Shown here piece after piece: positions 1 to 11,120 of a stretch of DNA of 52,441 nt. Origin of the DNA: a virus (Duplodnaviria; Caudoviricetes); the IMG/VR virus record IMGVR_UViG_3300030333_005141, positions 1 through 52,441 of that record; one strand, given 5' to 3'. A program made the translations under genes and the position numbers. Position 1 is the stretch's first letter. Each line of letters opens with the position of its first letter. The notes under the pieces are model-generated. The model saw only the letters and a program-made list of their open reading frames with translations, was not told the origin of the DNA and searched no databases.

Positions 1-101
1 AAGAGTATTAGTGTAGTCTGTAAAGCCATCGAAGCAATCAAGCCTGATGGATATATTGATTTAGGGGACACGGGTGACTGGGAAAGTATAAGTCATCATA
101 A
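1..101. repeat. Terminal direct repeat, left copy (circularisation overlap)
   Basis: 1-101 equals 52341-52441 except T99 vs C52439 (CAT/CAC, both His in the phosphoesterase frame). Confidence 0.97.
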
Positions 102-708
102 ATATAAAAAAGTAGGTGGCCCACCTAGACTAGAATATTATTTACCTAACTTTATTCAAGAAATTGAAGAAGTTAATAAAGGAATGGATATAATAGATGC
201 TAGTTTAGATAAGGCAAAAGTAAAAGAACGTTACTTTATACAAGGTAATCACGAATTTTGGATGGATATGTTTGTAGATCAATATCCATATCTTCCAGAA
301 TACAATACTAAAGATGCTTTAAAGTTAGATAAAAGAGGTTATAAGTATTATCCTCAGGGAACATTTTTGACAATTGGAAATTTAGGGTATTACCACGGAG
401 ATGAATATGGTGGTATGCATCATGCTGCAAATCATTGCAATCAATTTAAATGCAATGTAATGTATGGTCATCATCACGATGTTCAGGTATATACATCTAG
501 AAGTAAAAGAATGGGTCCTGTAACCGCTTATAGTATTGGTTGCTTAAAGAATATGGACTATAAAAGTAATAAATTTACAAAAGGGAGACCATTGAATTGG
601 AGACAGGCTTTTTCTATTGTAACATACGTAGGAAATAGTTACTTTGTTGAAATAGTAGAAATAAACAATGGTAAAGCAATAGTGAACGGAGAGTTAATTG
701 AGGGATAA
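1..708 (+). CDS. Calcineurin-like metallophosphoesterase, 3' part (gene starts at 52290 and crosses the junction)
   Basis: The frame is open from base 1 into the listed 184..708 ORF. The joined protein has PDKH, LGDTGD, GNHE, YHG and GHHH motifs in canonical order. Confidence 0.88.
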   Translation, partial: KSISVVCKAIEAIKPDGYIDLGDTGDWESISHHKYKKVGGPPRLEYYLPNFIQEIEEVNKGMDIIDASLDKAKVKERYFIQGNHEFWMDMFVDQYPYLPEYNTKDALKLDKRGYKYYPQGTFLTIGNLGYYHGDEYGGMHHAANHCNQFKCNVMYGHHHDVQVYTSRSKRMGPVTAYSIGCLKNMDYKSNKFTKGRPLNWRQAFSIVTYVGNSYFVEIVEINNGKAIVNGELIEG

Positions 709-974
709 TGGACATTTTAGTTATACTAGAGACTTTTGGAATACCTGTTGCGGTAGCAATGGCTTTTGGTTTTTTTATATGGAAACAAAATAAGTATATA
801 CAAGATGATTTAGCTAAAGATATTGCTGGACACTTTAAACGTTTAGAGGCTATAGTTATAAAACTTATAGATCAACAAAAAAAGATACAGCTAGATATTA
901 GGAAAATGGAAGGAAAATACCAAAGTTTAGTTGATATAATTACTAAACTGCTAAAGAAAGATAAAGATGCCTAA
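708..974 (+). CDS. Small membrane protein with coiled coil, holin-like candidate
   Basis: N-terminal hydrophobic helix FGIPVAVAMAFGFFIW, then a heptad-rich basic tail; TAATG coupling to the upstream gene. Confidence 0.5.
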   Translation: MDILVILETFGIPVAVAMAFGFFIWKQNKYIQDDLAKDIAGHFKRLEAIVIKLIDQQKKIQLDIRKMEGKYQSLVDIITKLLKKDKDA

Positions 975-3900
975 GCAATTAAAAGAATTAAGAAGATTTA
1001 ATATAGGTACTAAAAGTTCAGGCTCAGATACAGATATGCCTGAAGAAGCTGCTATATATAGTAAAAATATAGATGCTTTATCTGAAGAAGGTAAACTTAA
1101 AGGTGTTAAAGAGCATGTTAAGGTTTTAACATCTGAAGGCAAAATTATACAAAAAATTACATTACCTCCTGCTCCTTCTGGCTATACTGCATGGCCTGGT
1201 AATTGGACAATAGAGTTAAGTGATCCAAATGCTGATAAATTTAAAGATTCTGCAAACAATTATTTTGTAGGATATGATTTAAAAATTAAATTTAATCATA
1301 AAGGTTTAGGTAATACTGAGCTTGTTGTTAATTTACCAGTTCCTTCATATGATCCTCCAGCAGGATCTTCTGATGCTCGAATACTTAGACTTCATAATGA
1401 TAATATATACACAACAATAAAAAACACATTAGAAGGTTTATCTATACCTGGTATGAAAGTTCGGTTAATTAGAGCTTGTAATGGAATAGATTTTGCAAAT
1501 GGCCCTTATTATTATCCTGATTCTAACTATACTGATTTTGTAGTAACTGACGAAGAAACAGGTGAAGGTGAAGAGCAATATATAGTAAACAATCATACTT
1601 GTCCTTTTGATGGTCTTGTAAAGCAAGGAGGTGACGCTGTACCACATGAAGCAATGCCACCTTATAGAGCTTTTGAAATACAATTTGATAGAACATTTAC
1701 TGATAGTAATAATGTAGCATGGAATGTTGATAATATTGCTGTATCTGTTATTACACCAAAAAGTAATACAGAAACAGAAACATATGATATAAATACTGTC
1801 TATGCTAACCCAGAAAATGAAGTTTTACAATTAGGTGCTTCAGCTTCTTCTTATTATCCTATTTATGATGCAACTGAATATTTAAATGTAAATGCAAATG
1901 AAATGGAATTTTCTGTAAGAGAAGCTAAAAATAATCTTGTATTTTATTCAATAACAGAAAACGATACAACTCATCCAGGATACGATGTAGACACTGATAC
2001 AGGCGCTGGCACTACAAATAGAATTAAAGTTATTGAAGATTTTTATGGTTCTAAAAAATATATCGATTCATATGATGCCGATGGAGAAGCAAATTATTTT
2101 GATATACCTAGCGCTCCTGCTGATGTTTCTTTAACCAAAAAGAATGCTGATGTATATATTGGTTCTGGTAATACAGAAATGACTAAATCTAAGTTTTTTG
2201 GCAAAATATCTCATAAACAGTTTAATAATGCACTTGATGAATACAGATTAGAAGATGCGGAAGTTTATCCCTTAGATGATGGACAAACAGTATTTAACCT
2301 TGTAGATATAAAATATAATCGTCACGGAACGACAAGTGGAGCTGGATTTACAACAGATAAAATATATGGCATAAATGATGCTATGATGCATATTTTTGGA
2401 ATAAACAACATTGGAAACGGTAATGATGCTAGTCCAGATTCAGATACTAATTCTAATTTAGGTATACAATTTAAAGATACGAACACTTTAACATTTACAC
2501 CAGCATCATTAACTCCTAGTAGATTTGCTTATGAATCTTGTTATAATATATCAAATGGTGTTTGGACTATTGGTTCAAAAAATATTTTTCAATCATCAAA
2601 TTGGAGCCATGATGTAAACACTTCTTATTGGTGGTGTGCTGATAAATATAGAGAAGCAGTTCAAATGGTTAGAACCACATTTGATGGAACTGTGTTAACT
2701 AATAGAAACCATGATGTGCCTATTAATTTAAATTTTGATAAACCTCCACCATCTGGTATGAAAATTACAGATGTTATAGAAACTTATGATAGTGGTGCAG
2801 CTGCTGATGATCAGTATAGGGTTTGGGTGTTATTTACTAAAAAAGATGGAACAGCTTATACTTGGCACGAAGAATTTGTTTATTCATTTCTAGTTTCAGA
2901 GATTAATTGGTCTACTGGAAATGTACCAGCAAAAACACATACTCCTCCTACTTTAAAAATGAAAGCTGAAAGAGCATGGAGTGGAGGTTCTGGATCAAGT
3001 AGATCTGTTTATGTGGATGGAGTGACTCATAAAATAGATTTTGATCATTTTCCATACGTTTGTCATGAAGGTACTTGGAGTTGTAGACAAAATAAATTTT
3101 ATTATAGAAAATGTGATGATATGGGAGATACAACAGGCCAAGAATGGAAGTCTTTAAATGCTAGACATTGGAATAAAGAACACGAAAACGAAAGTTGGGA
3201 TTTAGGTGTAAACTGTGGTTTTGTTGAAGATTCTGGTTATGAAATCACTCCACATAGGACTGGATTAATTGATTTAGACCATGGACATAGAGTTGGTTTA
3301 ATTGCTCATTTAAAAGCAAAATTTGTTACTGATGCTGGTAAACTTCACACTCAAAGAGTAAGCCCAAATTCAAGTTGGCCTAATCGTAAATTTAATATTT
3401 ATCCTTCTTCTGGTGGAACAACTATTGATATAGATGAGCCTATGATGTTTTTCCTTGATTATGAACATAAAGGGACTCATCAAAGAAGAGTTGCTAGTGG
3501 TATAGATACGGCAGATCCAGGAAACTCTGGTAACCCTGCAGATTCAGATGATAAAACATATAGATATTGTGCTTATAAATATGATGGTGGTGATGATAAA
3601 TTAAATATGATGGCTTTAGCTTTTGCAAATTCTACCTCAGAAACAACTTACGGTGGATATACAGATATTAATAAAATTCCTCATAAAATGCGTGATATTG
3701 TATGTTTTAATAAACATTTATCAAATACAGGAAATCCAAATTTATGGATGTCTGTAAGAGGTAACGATAAAAATGCTACAACAATTCAAAAATATTTATA
3801 TGATTACCCAAATAGAGCAGGAACAGATCCTATTTTTACTAGAAAACTTGGCATTGGGACTCAAGGCGCTAATGATCATACTCCAATGATATTTGAAAAA

Positions 3901-5517
3901 TTAGGGACATCTACATTTGCTCATAATAGAGATTCAAATACAAATGAATCATTTTTTATTTCACCAAGACAAGGTGCATACCTTAATGCAACAGGAGAAT
4001 GGAATAGTTCTACAGGATGGATTCCCCCAGCTGAGACTAATTTAAGTACTGGTGAAATATCAGATTTATATTTAGATACATATATTAAACATCATGAGCA
4101 CAGTGAATTAGAATTTGGTATAGTTTTAAATGAAGGAGATTTAACAGGGGTAGATGGTGATAGTAATCCAATACCTGGTAATTTTAATGCTGGAACTACT
4201 TATTTTTATAAAATGTCAGTATTATATGATGGCTATCAAGAAAGTCCAATAACTGGCTTTTATTTTGCATTTACTCCTTCTGAAAACTGCAATAGTGTTG
4301 TTATGACAGTTAAATTAGAAGAACCTGCAGTTAGGGCAACACATATAGTAATATATAGAAAAAATACCATTGAAGACTTTTATAGAATGGTTACTGAAAT
4401 AGATTTAGGAGAAGGTTGGGGATTAGTTGGAGATTCATATTTTATAGTAAAAATTGATAATGGTATTTTAGGAGCAACATATGAAGCTATAACTGGTATG
4501 CCTGAATCTTTAAGAGATACCAATGTAAATTATACAATAAGTTGTTCAGCTGGTGGTTATTTATTTGTTGGTAATTGTTTTCATCCAGAAATAAAAAATG
4601 GACAAAACTTTATATTTAGAAGCCAACCAGACAACTTTTCAATTTTTAATTGGTCAAGAGACTTTTTAATATTACCTAATCCTCCAACAGCTCTTACATA
4701 TTGGGCAGGTAGATTATATGCTTTTGATAAAGCAAATATGTATAAAATAGATCCAAATAGTATGGTTATAGAAGACGAACATGCTGGTGTTGGTTGTTTT
4801 GGAGAACAATCATATATAGTTACTGATTTTGGGTTATATTTTTGTGATACAAACAATATGTATATGCATAATGGAGCAAAAGTTACACCTATTGGTACTG
4901 ATATACTAAAAAACTCTAAATATGATGAAACGGGCACAATAAGGAGCAATTGGCATAACATTAATCATGCCTATGATCCATATGTTGCTTATGATGCATT
5001 TAATCAAACAGTAATGTTTATGTGGGAAGATGAAAGCGGAGATAAAGGTTCTTGGAATTATAATATACCTAGAAATAGATGGGATTTAGTAGATATACCT
5101 AAACCAAAAGCATTCTTACAAGGAAAATTAGGTGAAAGATATGTTTCAGATGGAAAATATTTATATAACTTAAATAATAGTGAAACAAAACTAAATTGGA
5201 CACACCATACTCCAAATTTAGATTTTGGTTTCCAGACTGTTGATAAAAAAATTAAAAAAATTAAAATCATTTTTAACAATGCTGCAGACTTATCTTCTGG
5301 AGAGTTTACTATGAATGTATATTCAGATGATGTGTTATTATATACTGTAAATCATCCATTACACACATCTTCAGAAAAGAAATTTAAAGATGAAGAGCAT
5401 GAAAGGGAATATAGATTACCTAAGAATAAAACTAAAAAATTAAGAATAGAAATAGTAGATTCTAATATAGAAATTGATTCTTTTGCTATCACATATACTA
5501 TGAAAAAGGTTGATTAA
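967..5517 (+). CDS. Large tail protein, C-terminal half resembling P22 gp10-like tail hub/nozzle (stabilisation) proteins
   Basis: 1516 aa, beta-rich; C-terminal propeller-like blades (GYLFVG, LTYWAGRLYAF, GVGCFGEQSYIVTDFGLYFCD); tail-module position. Confidence 0.6.
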   Translation: MPKQLKELRRFNIGTKSSGSDTDMPEEAAIYSKNIDALSEEGKLKGVKEHVKVLTSEGKIIQKITLPPAPSGYTAWPGNWTIELSDPNADKFKDSANNYFVGYDLKIKFNHKGLGNTELVVNLPVPSYDPPAGSSDARILRLHNDNIYTTIKNTLEGLSIPGMKVRLIRACNGIDFANGPYYYPDSNYTDFVVTDEETGEGEEQYIVNNHTCPFDGLVKQGGDAVPHEAMPPYRAFEIQFDRTFTDSNNVAWNVDNIAVSVITPKSNTETETYDINTVYANPENEVLQLGASASSYYPIYDATEYLNVNANEMEFSVREAKNNLVFYSITENDTTHPGYDVDTDTGAGTTNRIKVIEDFYGSKKYIDSYDADGEANYFDIPSAPADVSLTKKNADVYIGSGNTEMTKSKFFGKISHKQFNNALDEYRLEDAEVYPLDDGQTVFNLVDIKYNRHGTTSGAGFTTDKIYGINDAMMHIFGINNIGNGNDASPDSDTNSNLGIQFKDTNTLTFTPASLTPSRFAYESCYNISNGVWTIGSKNIFQSSNWSHDVNTSYWWCADKYREAVQMVRTTFDGTVLTNRNHDVPINLNFDKPPPSGMKITDVIETYDSGAAADDQYRVWVLFTKKDGTAYTWHEEFVYSFLVSEINWSTGNVPAKTHTPPTLKMKAERAWSGGSGSSRSVYVDGVTHKIDFDHFPYVCHEGTWSCRQNKFYYRKCDDMGDTTGQEWKSLNARHWNKEHENESWDLGVNCGFVEDSGYEITPHRTGLIDLDHGHRVGLIAHLKAKFVTDAGKLHTQRVSPNSSWPNRKFNIYPSSGGTTIDIDEPMMFFLDYEHKGTHQRRVASGIDTADPGNSGNPADSDDKTYRYCAYKYDGGDDKLNMMALAFANSTSETTYGGYTDINKIPHKMRDIVCFNKHLSNTGNPNLWMSVRGNDKNATTIQKYLYDYPNRAGTDPIFTRKLGIGTQGANDHTPMIFEKLGTSTFAHNRDSNTNESFFISPRQGAYLNATGEWNSSTGWIPPAETNLSTGEISDLYLDTYIKHHEHSELEFGIVLNEGDLTGVDGDSNPIPGNFNAGTTYFYKMSVLYDGYQESPITGFYFAFTPSENCNSVVMTVKLEEPAVRATHIVIYRKNTIEDFYRMVTEIDLGEGWGLVGDSYFIVKIDNGILGATYEAITGMPESLRDTNVNYTISCSAGGYLFVGNCFHPEIKNGQNFIFRSQPDNFSIFNWSRDFLILPNPPTALTYWAGRLYAFDKANMYKIDPNSMVIEDEHAGVGCFGEQSYIVTDFGLYFCDTNNMYMHNGAKVTPIGTDILKNSKYDETGTIRSNWHNINHAYDPYVAYDAFNQTVMFMWEDESGDKGSWNYNIPRNRWDLVDIPKPKAFLQGKLGERYVSDGKYLYNLNNSETKLNWTHHTPNLDFGFQTVDKKIKKIKIIFNNAADLSSGEFTMNVYSDDVLLYTVNHPLHTSSEKKFKDEEHEREYRLPKNKTKKLRIEIVDSNIEIDSFAITYTMKKVD

Positions 5518-8500
5518 TGGCTGTAAGAGATAGTATAGGTAAAATAAGAAGAAGTGCTCCTAAAGTCGGAGATCCTACCCTCCAAAGAGCTATAGATACA
5601 ATATATAAAGATATTAATAAAGTAGCAGATGGTACGAATGCACCTTCTTTAAAATCAGCTACTGTAGGAAGTATAGGAGCAGATGGCGATATAAGATTAT
5701 ATAAAGGTCATGGAGCAGATGGTAGTATCGGTTATTTTCTTCAAGGAAAATTTAATGATGGTTGGGCAACAACTCGTTTAACATTAGAAGCTAAAAATCC
5801 AGAGGCTACAGAAGTTTTAGGAAGTTCTGGAGGTGGAGTCGGAGGTGGACCAGAGCCTTATATTACTAGATATGGAGTTACTTATCAAAATCTAGCATTT
5901 AATAATGATATAGCAGGAATAACTGGAGATATTGCTGGAGATGGATTAGTTGCTAGAGGTAATCATAAACATACTCATTGGACATTACCAGACCCTACTG
6001 AAGATGGTACCAATACAGAACATTTAAATACAATACATTTTCCTTTACAAGCATCTGCTAATTCTGATGGCGAGCAAGCTCTTAATGTAAGTGATCAAGC
6101 AGGCACTACTGGTCTTCAAAATGTTGCTGCAAGAGCAGATCATAGGCATAAATTAGACATGGCTCCTGATTATGTATGGACAGGAAACAATACATTTGGT
6201 GATCAATATGGTATTTCAGGTAAAACAGTTACAATAAATGGGCCAATACCTAATAATGCTGGAGATTCTTTAGCATTAAAAGTAACTGGAGATATGCTAT
6301 TAGATGGTAATTTAAATGTAGTATATTCACAAACTCAATCTTCTGCTGTTGATTTAGCAGACGATGTAGCATTAAATACTAATAATATTGGTGGTGGCGG
6401 ACAAAATACTTCTTATACTAAGAAAACAATTATCCATGGTCCTACAAAATATACTGCTGGATTATCTGTAAAGAGAAGCGCAGTTTCAGACTTATATAAT
6501 TATCATTATGATAATGCAGATCATGGTCAAAACACACCTAATGTTATATTCCAAGACAATAGTGCTTCTGGTCAATTAAGACTAGCTTATGATAGTACAT
6601 ACTATTTTGATTTTAAAATAGACAATCAAGGCACATTATTATTAGAACCTCAAGGAAATATTGAATTAAAACCTAATAATGATCAACCTGATGGAGATGG
6701 GGCAGTTTTACCTAAAGGTAATTTACAAGTAGATTTAGGTACAGATACAAGAAAATGGAGAAGTGTTTATGCTGGAGAGTTAATATTTGATAATTTAGTA
6801 GCACAAAATGTTGTATCTACTATTGGTGGAAAAATAATGGTTGCTCCAACTTCACAACTTGTTCAAGATTTACCCCAAGGAGCAACTACTTATATCCATA
6901 TAGAACATAATGATTCTAATTTTAAAAATGCTTGGATATTTTTATCAAAAGGAAGTGGTGGTACGGTTCAAATTGAAGCTATAAGGACTCAAAATGTAGA
7001 CCCAACAGAAGTAGTTGCAGGCAAAGAGTATAAATATCCTATTCAAACAAGAAACGGTGATGGAAGTGGAGCTAATGCTTGGGCTAAAGGTGATGCTGTT
7101 TCTGTTCTGCATTGTATCAGTAGTGGTGGAAGCAAAGGATTTATTGAATTAACTGCTAGTGGTTCTGTTTTTAATAATAATGGTCCAAGAATTACATTGT
7201 TTTCTGCAACAACTACTGGTGAAACGGCTTGGAATGCTGCAAAACCTATGTTTTCTGTTGGTCAAATTCAAGGTTATGCTGGATTTCCTGATTCAGATGA
7301 CTTTGGTTTAGCAATAGGTAATAATTTACTTTTAAACCCTGTAACAGAAGATTTTAGAGGTTTAACAGTTGATAGAGCAAAAGGGTTAAGAATGTACAAT
7401 AGCCCTATTCAAATTTATGATTCTGGAACTAAAAAGGTTGAAATAAATAGAGATGGAACACTAAGGTTAGGCTCTAGTCTTCAACCAGCTGATGTAAATA
7501 CTAAAGCAGATTGGGATACAGAAAACTCAAATGTGGGACTTGTATGGGATGGAAATGTTTTAACAATAAACGGCATAATACAGTCTTGGGGAGATATATT
7601 ACAAAGTGAATTAGATGATTTAGATGCTGCAGATCAAGATTTACAAGGGCAAATTAATGCCATACCAGAATTAGATGGTTTATCAAACTATGCAGCAGCA
7701 GAAACTTTATCTCAACATTTTCCTGGAAATATATTTTTAGATTGGGATTTTGAATTTAATCCACAACCTCCATCAACATATACTGATATGCAATTATGGA
7801 ATTGGCCTGCAAACAATGCAAACTTTCAAAAAGCAAAATCGCCTGAAATAGAACCATATAATGGTACTCAAGTTATGAGGGGAACTTCTCAATATGTAGA
7901 TGTAGGAACAAACGCAAACTCAACATGTTATATGACAGATTTAAATGGAAACAGACTGTTATTACCTATAGTAAGAGGTTTAAAGTTTAGTGGCAGAATG
8001 TTTTATTATATACCTTCTTCAAATTGGATAAGCAACCCTCCAAATAATACTTGTGGAATAGGATTAAAAATATATAATTCATCTAAAACTCAATGGATGT
8101 ATGTTGGTCCTGATCTTTTTGTTGGCTCAGCAGCTTCAACTAATCAATGGACAGAAGCAACAGGAACTTGGACTGTTCCTGAATTTGTTACATTTACAGC
8201 AGGAACTCCACCATATTTGTCTGGTGCACCATCTTATGCAGAGCCATATCTTATAGTAGATGAAAATAATTCTAATGAAAATAGTGGCACGTCTGATATG
8301 TATGTTTATTTTGATGATTGCTCATTAATGATAGATTCAAGTCTTGCTATGCCTGCTAATCCTACTGGAGATGCAGCATTCTTTGCAGGTAGTGATGCTT
8401 TTGGTATTCATGACGGTACTAGATGGAGAACATTCTTTGGTTTAAATGCTAATGGTTCAGTAATGAAACTGACAAATTCTGAAGGAACTGATTTAGTTAC

Positions 8501-9683
8501 TTGGGATAACGATGTATTTAGCATTGGAACTGGTATTAAGTTATTTGCAGATGGAGACTTAAAAATAGAAGGTGACTTAAAAATAGGGCTCCAAGGTTCA
8601 ATAATGAGTCATCCAGATGGCTATGCACAAGAAGGTATATTCCTTGGTCATAATCTACATAGTGAAGTTGCTAAACCAAAATTTAGTCTTGTTAAAGGTA
8701 CTAAGCATTTTAAATATGATTCACATTTAGATGTATTAGAACTAGCAAATGCAGATATAAATATGGTTAATGGAAAGATGACTGTTGACAATCCTGATGT
8801 AAACGTAATTATAGGTCAAGGAGTAGGCAATCAAGGTTCTAATGATCATGATAATATAATTATAGGAACTTGGGAATCTCAACTACAATCATCTCCAACA
8901 GGTCAAGGCATATTAGTTCAACATAATACATTAAGAAATGCAAATGCAGGCAATGGAGCAGGAACAAATAAATATGATTATTCTAAATTAGACCAAAATG
9001 GATTTAATAGAGCAGGTTTTGAATATCCAATCTTTATAGGAGCACTTCAAGAATGTCCTGGATGGGCAGGAAGAGGCACTAGTGGAACGACTTGGTACGG
9101 TCCTAAAGCAAATAAAATATTTGACAATTATAATGGACAAAAAATATATTATCCAGGTTCAACAGATTTATATAATAAAGTTCCTCCAGGAAGAGCGCTA
9201 TTTTTACAAGTAACTCCAGCTTTTATTATAAATAATACCACTTCTAGTGGCGGTCCATGGCCAATTAAACTCTCAGATAAAGACTCAAAATGTTGTGCTG
9301 AATTTCAAGTATTTTACAGGTGCACAGACGATTACCAATCCTCAACATTACAATATGATAATGGTTTTCCAAGTAATCATACAGTAAGCAATAAAATAGA
9401 AAGATTAGGAACGTTATTTGCTAGCGGATCACAATATGGTCCATGGAATTGTTATATTACAGAAAATACAGATGTAGATGATTTAAGAATAGCTTCAATT
9501 TTTATAAGTAAAGGTAATACAACAACAGAAGGTCAGGTTCAATGGAACAATATTATGATTTGGGAAGTTTCTATGGATAATGTTCCTGCAGAATCAATAT
9601 TTCATAATAATGCAATAATAGAACATATTGATGATTATCCTTGGGGTACTGGTATGTCATTAAGTGGAGGAAATCCATTCTAA
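5517..9683 (+). CDS. Tail fibre/spike protein with probable carbohydrate-binding beta-sandwich
   Basis: 1388 aa, G/S/T/N-rich; fibre-type motifs ARADHRH and LGTDTRKWRSVY; short coiled coil followed by a CBM-like segment (DWDFE...YNGTQVM...VYFDDCSL). Confidence 0.65.
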   Translation: MAVRDSIGKIRRSAPKVGDPTLQRAIDTIYKDINKVADGTNAPSLKSATVGSIGADGDIRLYKGHGADGSIGYFLQGKFNDGWATTRLTLEAKNPEATEVLGSSGGGVGGGPEPYITRYGVTYQNLAFNNDIAGITGDIAGDGLVARGNHKHTHWTLPDPTEDGTNTEHLNTIHFPLQASANSDGEQALNVSDQAGTTGLQNVAARADHRHKLDMAPDYVWTGNNTFGDQYGISGKTVTINGPIPNNAGDSLALKVTGDMLLDGNLNVVYSQTQSSAVDLADDVALNTNNIGGGGQNTSYTKKTIIHGPTKYTAGLSVKRSAVSDLYNYHYDNADHGQNTPNVIFQDNSASGQLRLAYDSTYYFDFKIDNQGTLLLEPQGNIELKPNNDQPDGDGAVLPKGNLQVDLGTDTRKWRSVYAGELIFDNLVAQNVVSTIGGKIMVAPTSQLVQDLPQGATTYIHIEHNDSNFKNAWIFLSKGSGGTVQIEAIRTQNVDPTEVVAGKEYKYPIQTRNGDGSGANAWAKGDAVSVLHCISSGGSKGFIELTASGSVFNNNGPRITLFSATTTGETAWNAAKPMFSVGQIQGYAGFPDSDDFGLAIGNNLLLNPVTEDFRGLTVDRAKGLRMYNSPIQIYDSGTKKVEINRDGTLRLGSSLQPADVNTKADWDTENSNVGLVWDGNVLTINGIIQSWGDILQSELDDLDAADQDLQGQINAIPELDGLSNYAAAETLSQHFPGNIFLDWDFEFNPQPPSTYTDMQLWNWPANNANFQKAKSPEIEPYNGTQVMRGTSQYVDVGTNANSTCYMTDLNGNRLLLPIVRGLKFSGRMFYYIPSSNWISNPPNNTCGIGLKIYNSSKTQWMYVGPDLFVGSAASTNQWTEATGTWTVPEFVTFTAGTPPYLSGAPSYAEPYLIVDENNSNENSGTSDMYVYFDDCSLMIDSSLAMPANPTGDAAFFAGSDAFGIHDGTRWRTFFGLNANGSVMKLTNSEGTDLVTWDNDVFSIGTGIKLFADGDLKIEGDLKIGLQGSIMSHPDGYAQEGIFLGHNLHSEVAKPKFSLVKGTKHFKYDSHLDVLELANADINMVNGKMTVDNPDVNVIIGQGVGNQGSNDHDNIIIGTWESQLQSSPTGQGILVQHNTLRNANAGNGAGTNKYDYSKLDQNGFNRAGFEYPIFIGALQECPGWAGRGTSGTTWYGPKANKIFDNYNGQKIYYPGSTDLYNKVPPGRALFLQVTPAFIINNTTSSGGPWPIKLSDKDSKCCAEFQVFYRCTDDYQSSTLQYDNGFPSNHTVSNKIERLGTLFASGSQYGPWNCYITENTDVDDLRIASIFISKGNTTTEGQVQWNNIMIWEVSMDNVPAESIFHNNAIIEHIDDYPWGTGMSLSGGNPF

Positions 9684-10159
9684 TGGCTAGCTTAACAGAT
9701 ACAATATATGATATAGCCGATCAGTATACAGATGATTCTAAAACAAATGTAACTAATGCTAAAATTCAAAGTGCTGCAAGTGGCTTTATGACTACATTAA
9801 ATAATGCTCGTTCTGCAGGAGATTTATCTGGTACTTATAGTTATAGTTCTGATATATCTACAACACCTACAGGATTTAGTGATAGTGATATAGGTATTGA
9901 TGCAATAAAAGAATCAAGCCTTAGAACTAAGGTCAGATCTGCAAATACAGTTTTTAACTTTAAAAATACAGTAAATAGTAAGTATATTATAGTATATGAC
10001 AAACAATGTTATTTGTTTGCTTCAGAAAGTAACTTTGATGATGTTATGTCATCCTTTAGATTAAAATTAGCTGATGAAATATATTCAGGAGTTAATTTAA
10101 CAGCTACTTATAATAGTAGTTTAAGTAATATAATGAGTAACCATAATAACCATATATAG
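9683..10159 (+). CDS. Hypothetical virion-associated protein
   Basis: ATG 9683 (MASLTD) overlaps the upstream TAA and has GGAGG upstream; preferred to the track start at 9641. Confidence 0.6.
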   Translation: MASLTDTIYDIADQYTDDSKTNVTNAKIQSAASGFMTTLNNARSAGDLSGTYSYSSDISTTPTGFSDSDIGIDAIKESSLRTKVRSANTVFNFKNTVNSKYIIVYDKQCYLFASESNFDDVMSSFRLKLADEIYSGVNLTATYNSSLSNIMSNHNNHI

Positions 10160-10167
10160 GAGTAAAA

Positions 10168-10338
10168 ATGGCGGATAATAAAGAAACTGTTAAAGAACAA
10201 ATAAAAGCTCTTGAAGAGCAAAAAAAGAACACTGAAACTATGTATTTTAAACTACAAGGCGCTATAGAAGCCTTAACTGCAGTTCTTCCAGAAATTGACA
10301 AAAAAGAAGAATCTGTTAAAAATATTAAAAAGAAATAG
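10168..10338 (+). CDS. Small coiled-coil protein (56 aa, not in ORF track), possible fibre assembly chaperone
   Basis: AGGAG SD; MADNKETVKEQIKALEEQKKN...LQGAIEAL; fills the intergenic gap. Confidence 0.65.
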   Translation: MADNKETVKEQIKALEEQKKNTETMYFKLQGAIEALTAVLPEIDKKEESVKNIKKK

Positions 10339-10421
10339 GAATATTAACGGGGAATTACTTATATTATAATGAGTTATTGTAACTCGTTTTAGTATAATAC
10401 CATATACAGGGGGGTAATTAT

Positions 10422-11120
10422 ATGTCTTTTTGGTATAAACCACCAAAGAAGATTGATCCAAATAAAATCTATGATATGATGTCATCTGAAGGAACTCAAA
10501 CTATGTTTGACCGTTCAGAGGCGCTTTTAGATCCTAATAGCCCAATAAACCAAGCAATGTATAATAAATTGCATTCTACAGGTCAGGAGAATCTTTACAC
10601 TCAAAATAGACTGAATAGAATGAACATGGCCTCTCAAGGTTTAAGTGGTCAAAGTGGTGTTGCTAATGCTATAAGCGTAGAAAACGCACTAAAAAACAGT
10701 GGAAATATAATGAATCAGTTCACAGATATGATGACTAATAATTTAGGTATGTCGAACAGTTTATTACAACAAGCTACTGCTAATGATATGACTGCAAGAG
10801 ATGCTAGTGCTTCTGCTTATGGACAAAACATAACTGCTCAAAATAACTTCCAAGCATCTAAAGATGCATTTTGGACTCAAATGGGTGGAGCTGCAATAGC
10901 TGCTATGTCTGATAGAAGATTAAAGAAAAATATCAAAAAAGTTGGAAAAGTTAGAACAAAAGATGGTAAAAAAGTAAATTTATATTCATTTGAGTATAAA
11001 GGTCAAAAAAAGAAACAAGTTGGTGTTTTAGCTCAAGAAATAGAAAAATCACACCCTTCTGCCGTTAATAAGAATAAACAAGGTATGAGAAGTGTTAATT
11101 ATGGAGCATTGTTCGGGTAA
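10422..11120 (+). CDS. Putative ejection/pilot protein with C-terminal peptidase S74 intramolecular chaperone domain
   Basis: Q/N/M/A-rich helical N-terminus; SDRRLKKNI, LYSFEYK, GVLAQEIE and VNYG motifs of the S74 auto-cleaving domain. Confidence 0.75.
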   Translation: MSFWYKPPKKIDPNKIYDMMSSEGTQTMFDRSEALLDPNSPINQAMYNKLHSTGQENLYTQNRLNRMNMASQGLSGQSGVANAISVENALKNSGNIMNQFTDMMTNNLGMSNSLLQQATANDMTARDASASAYGQNITAQNNFQASKDAFWTQMGGAAIAAMSDRRLKKNIKKVGKVRTKDGKKVNLYSFEYKGQKKKQVGVLAQEIEKSHPSAVNKNKQGMRSVNYGALFG

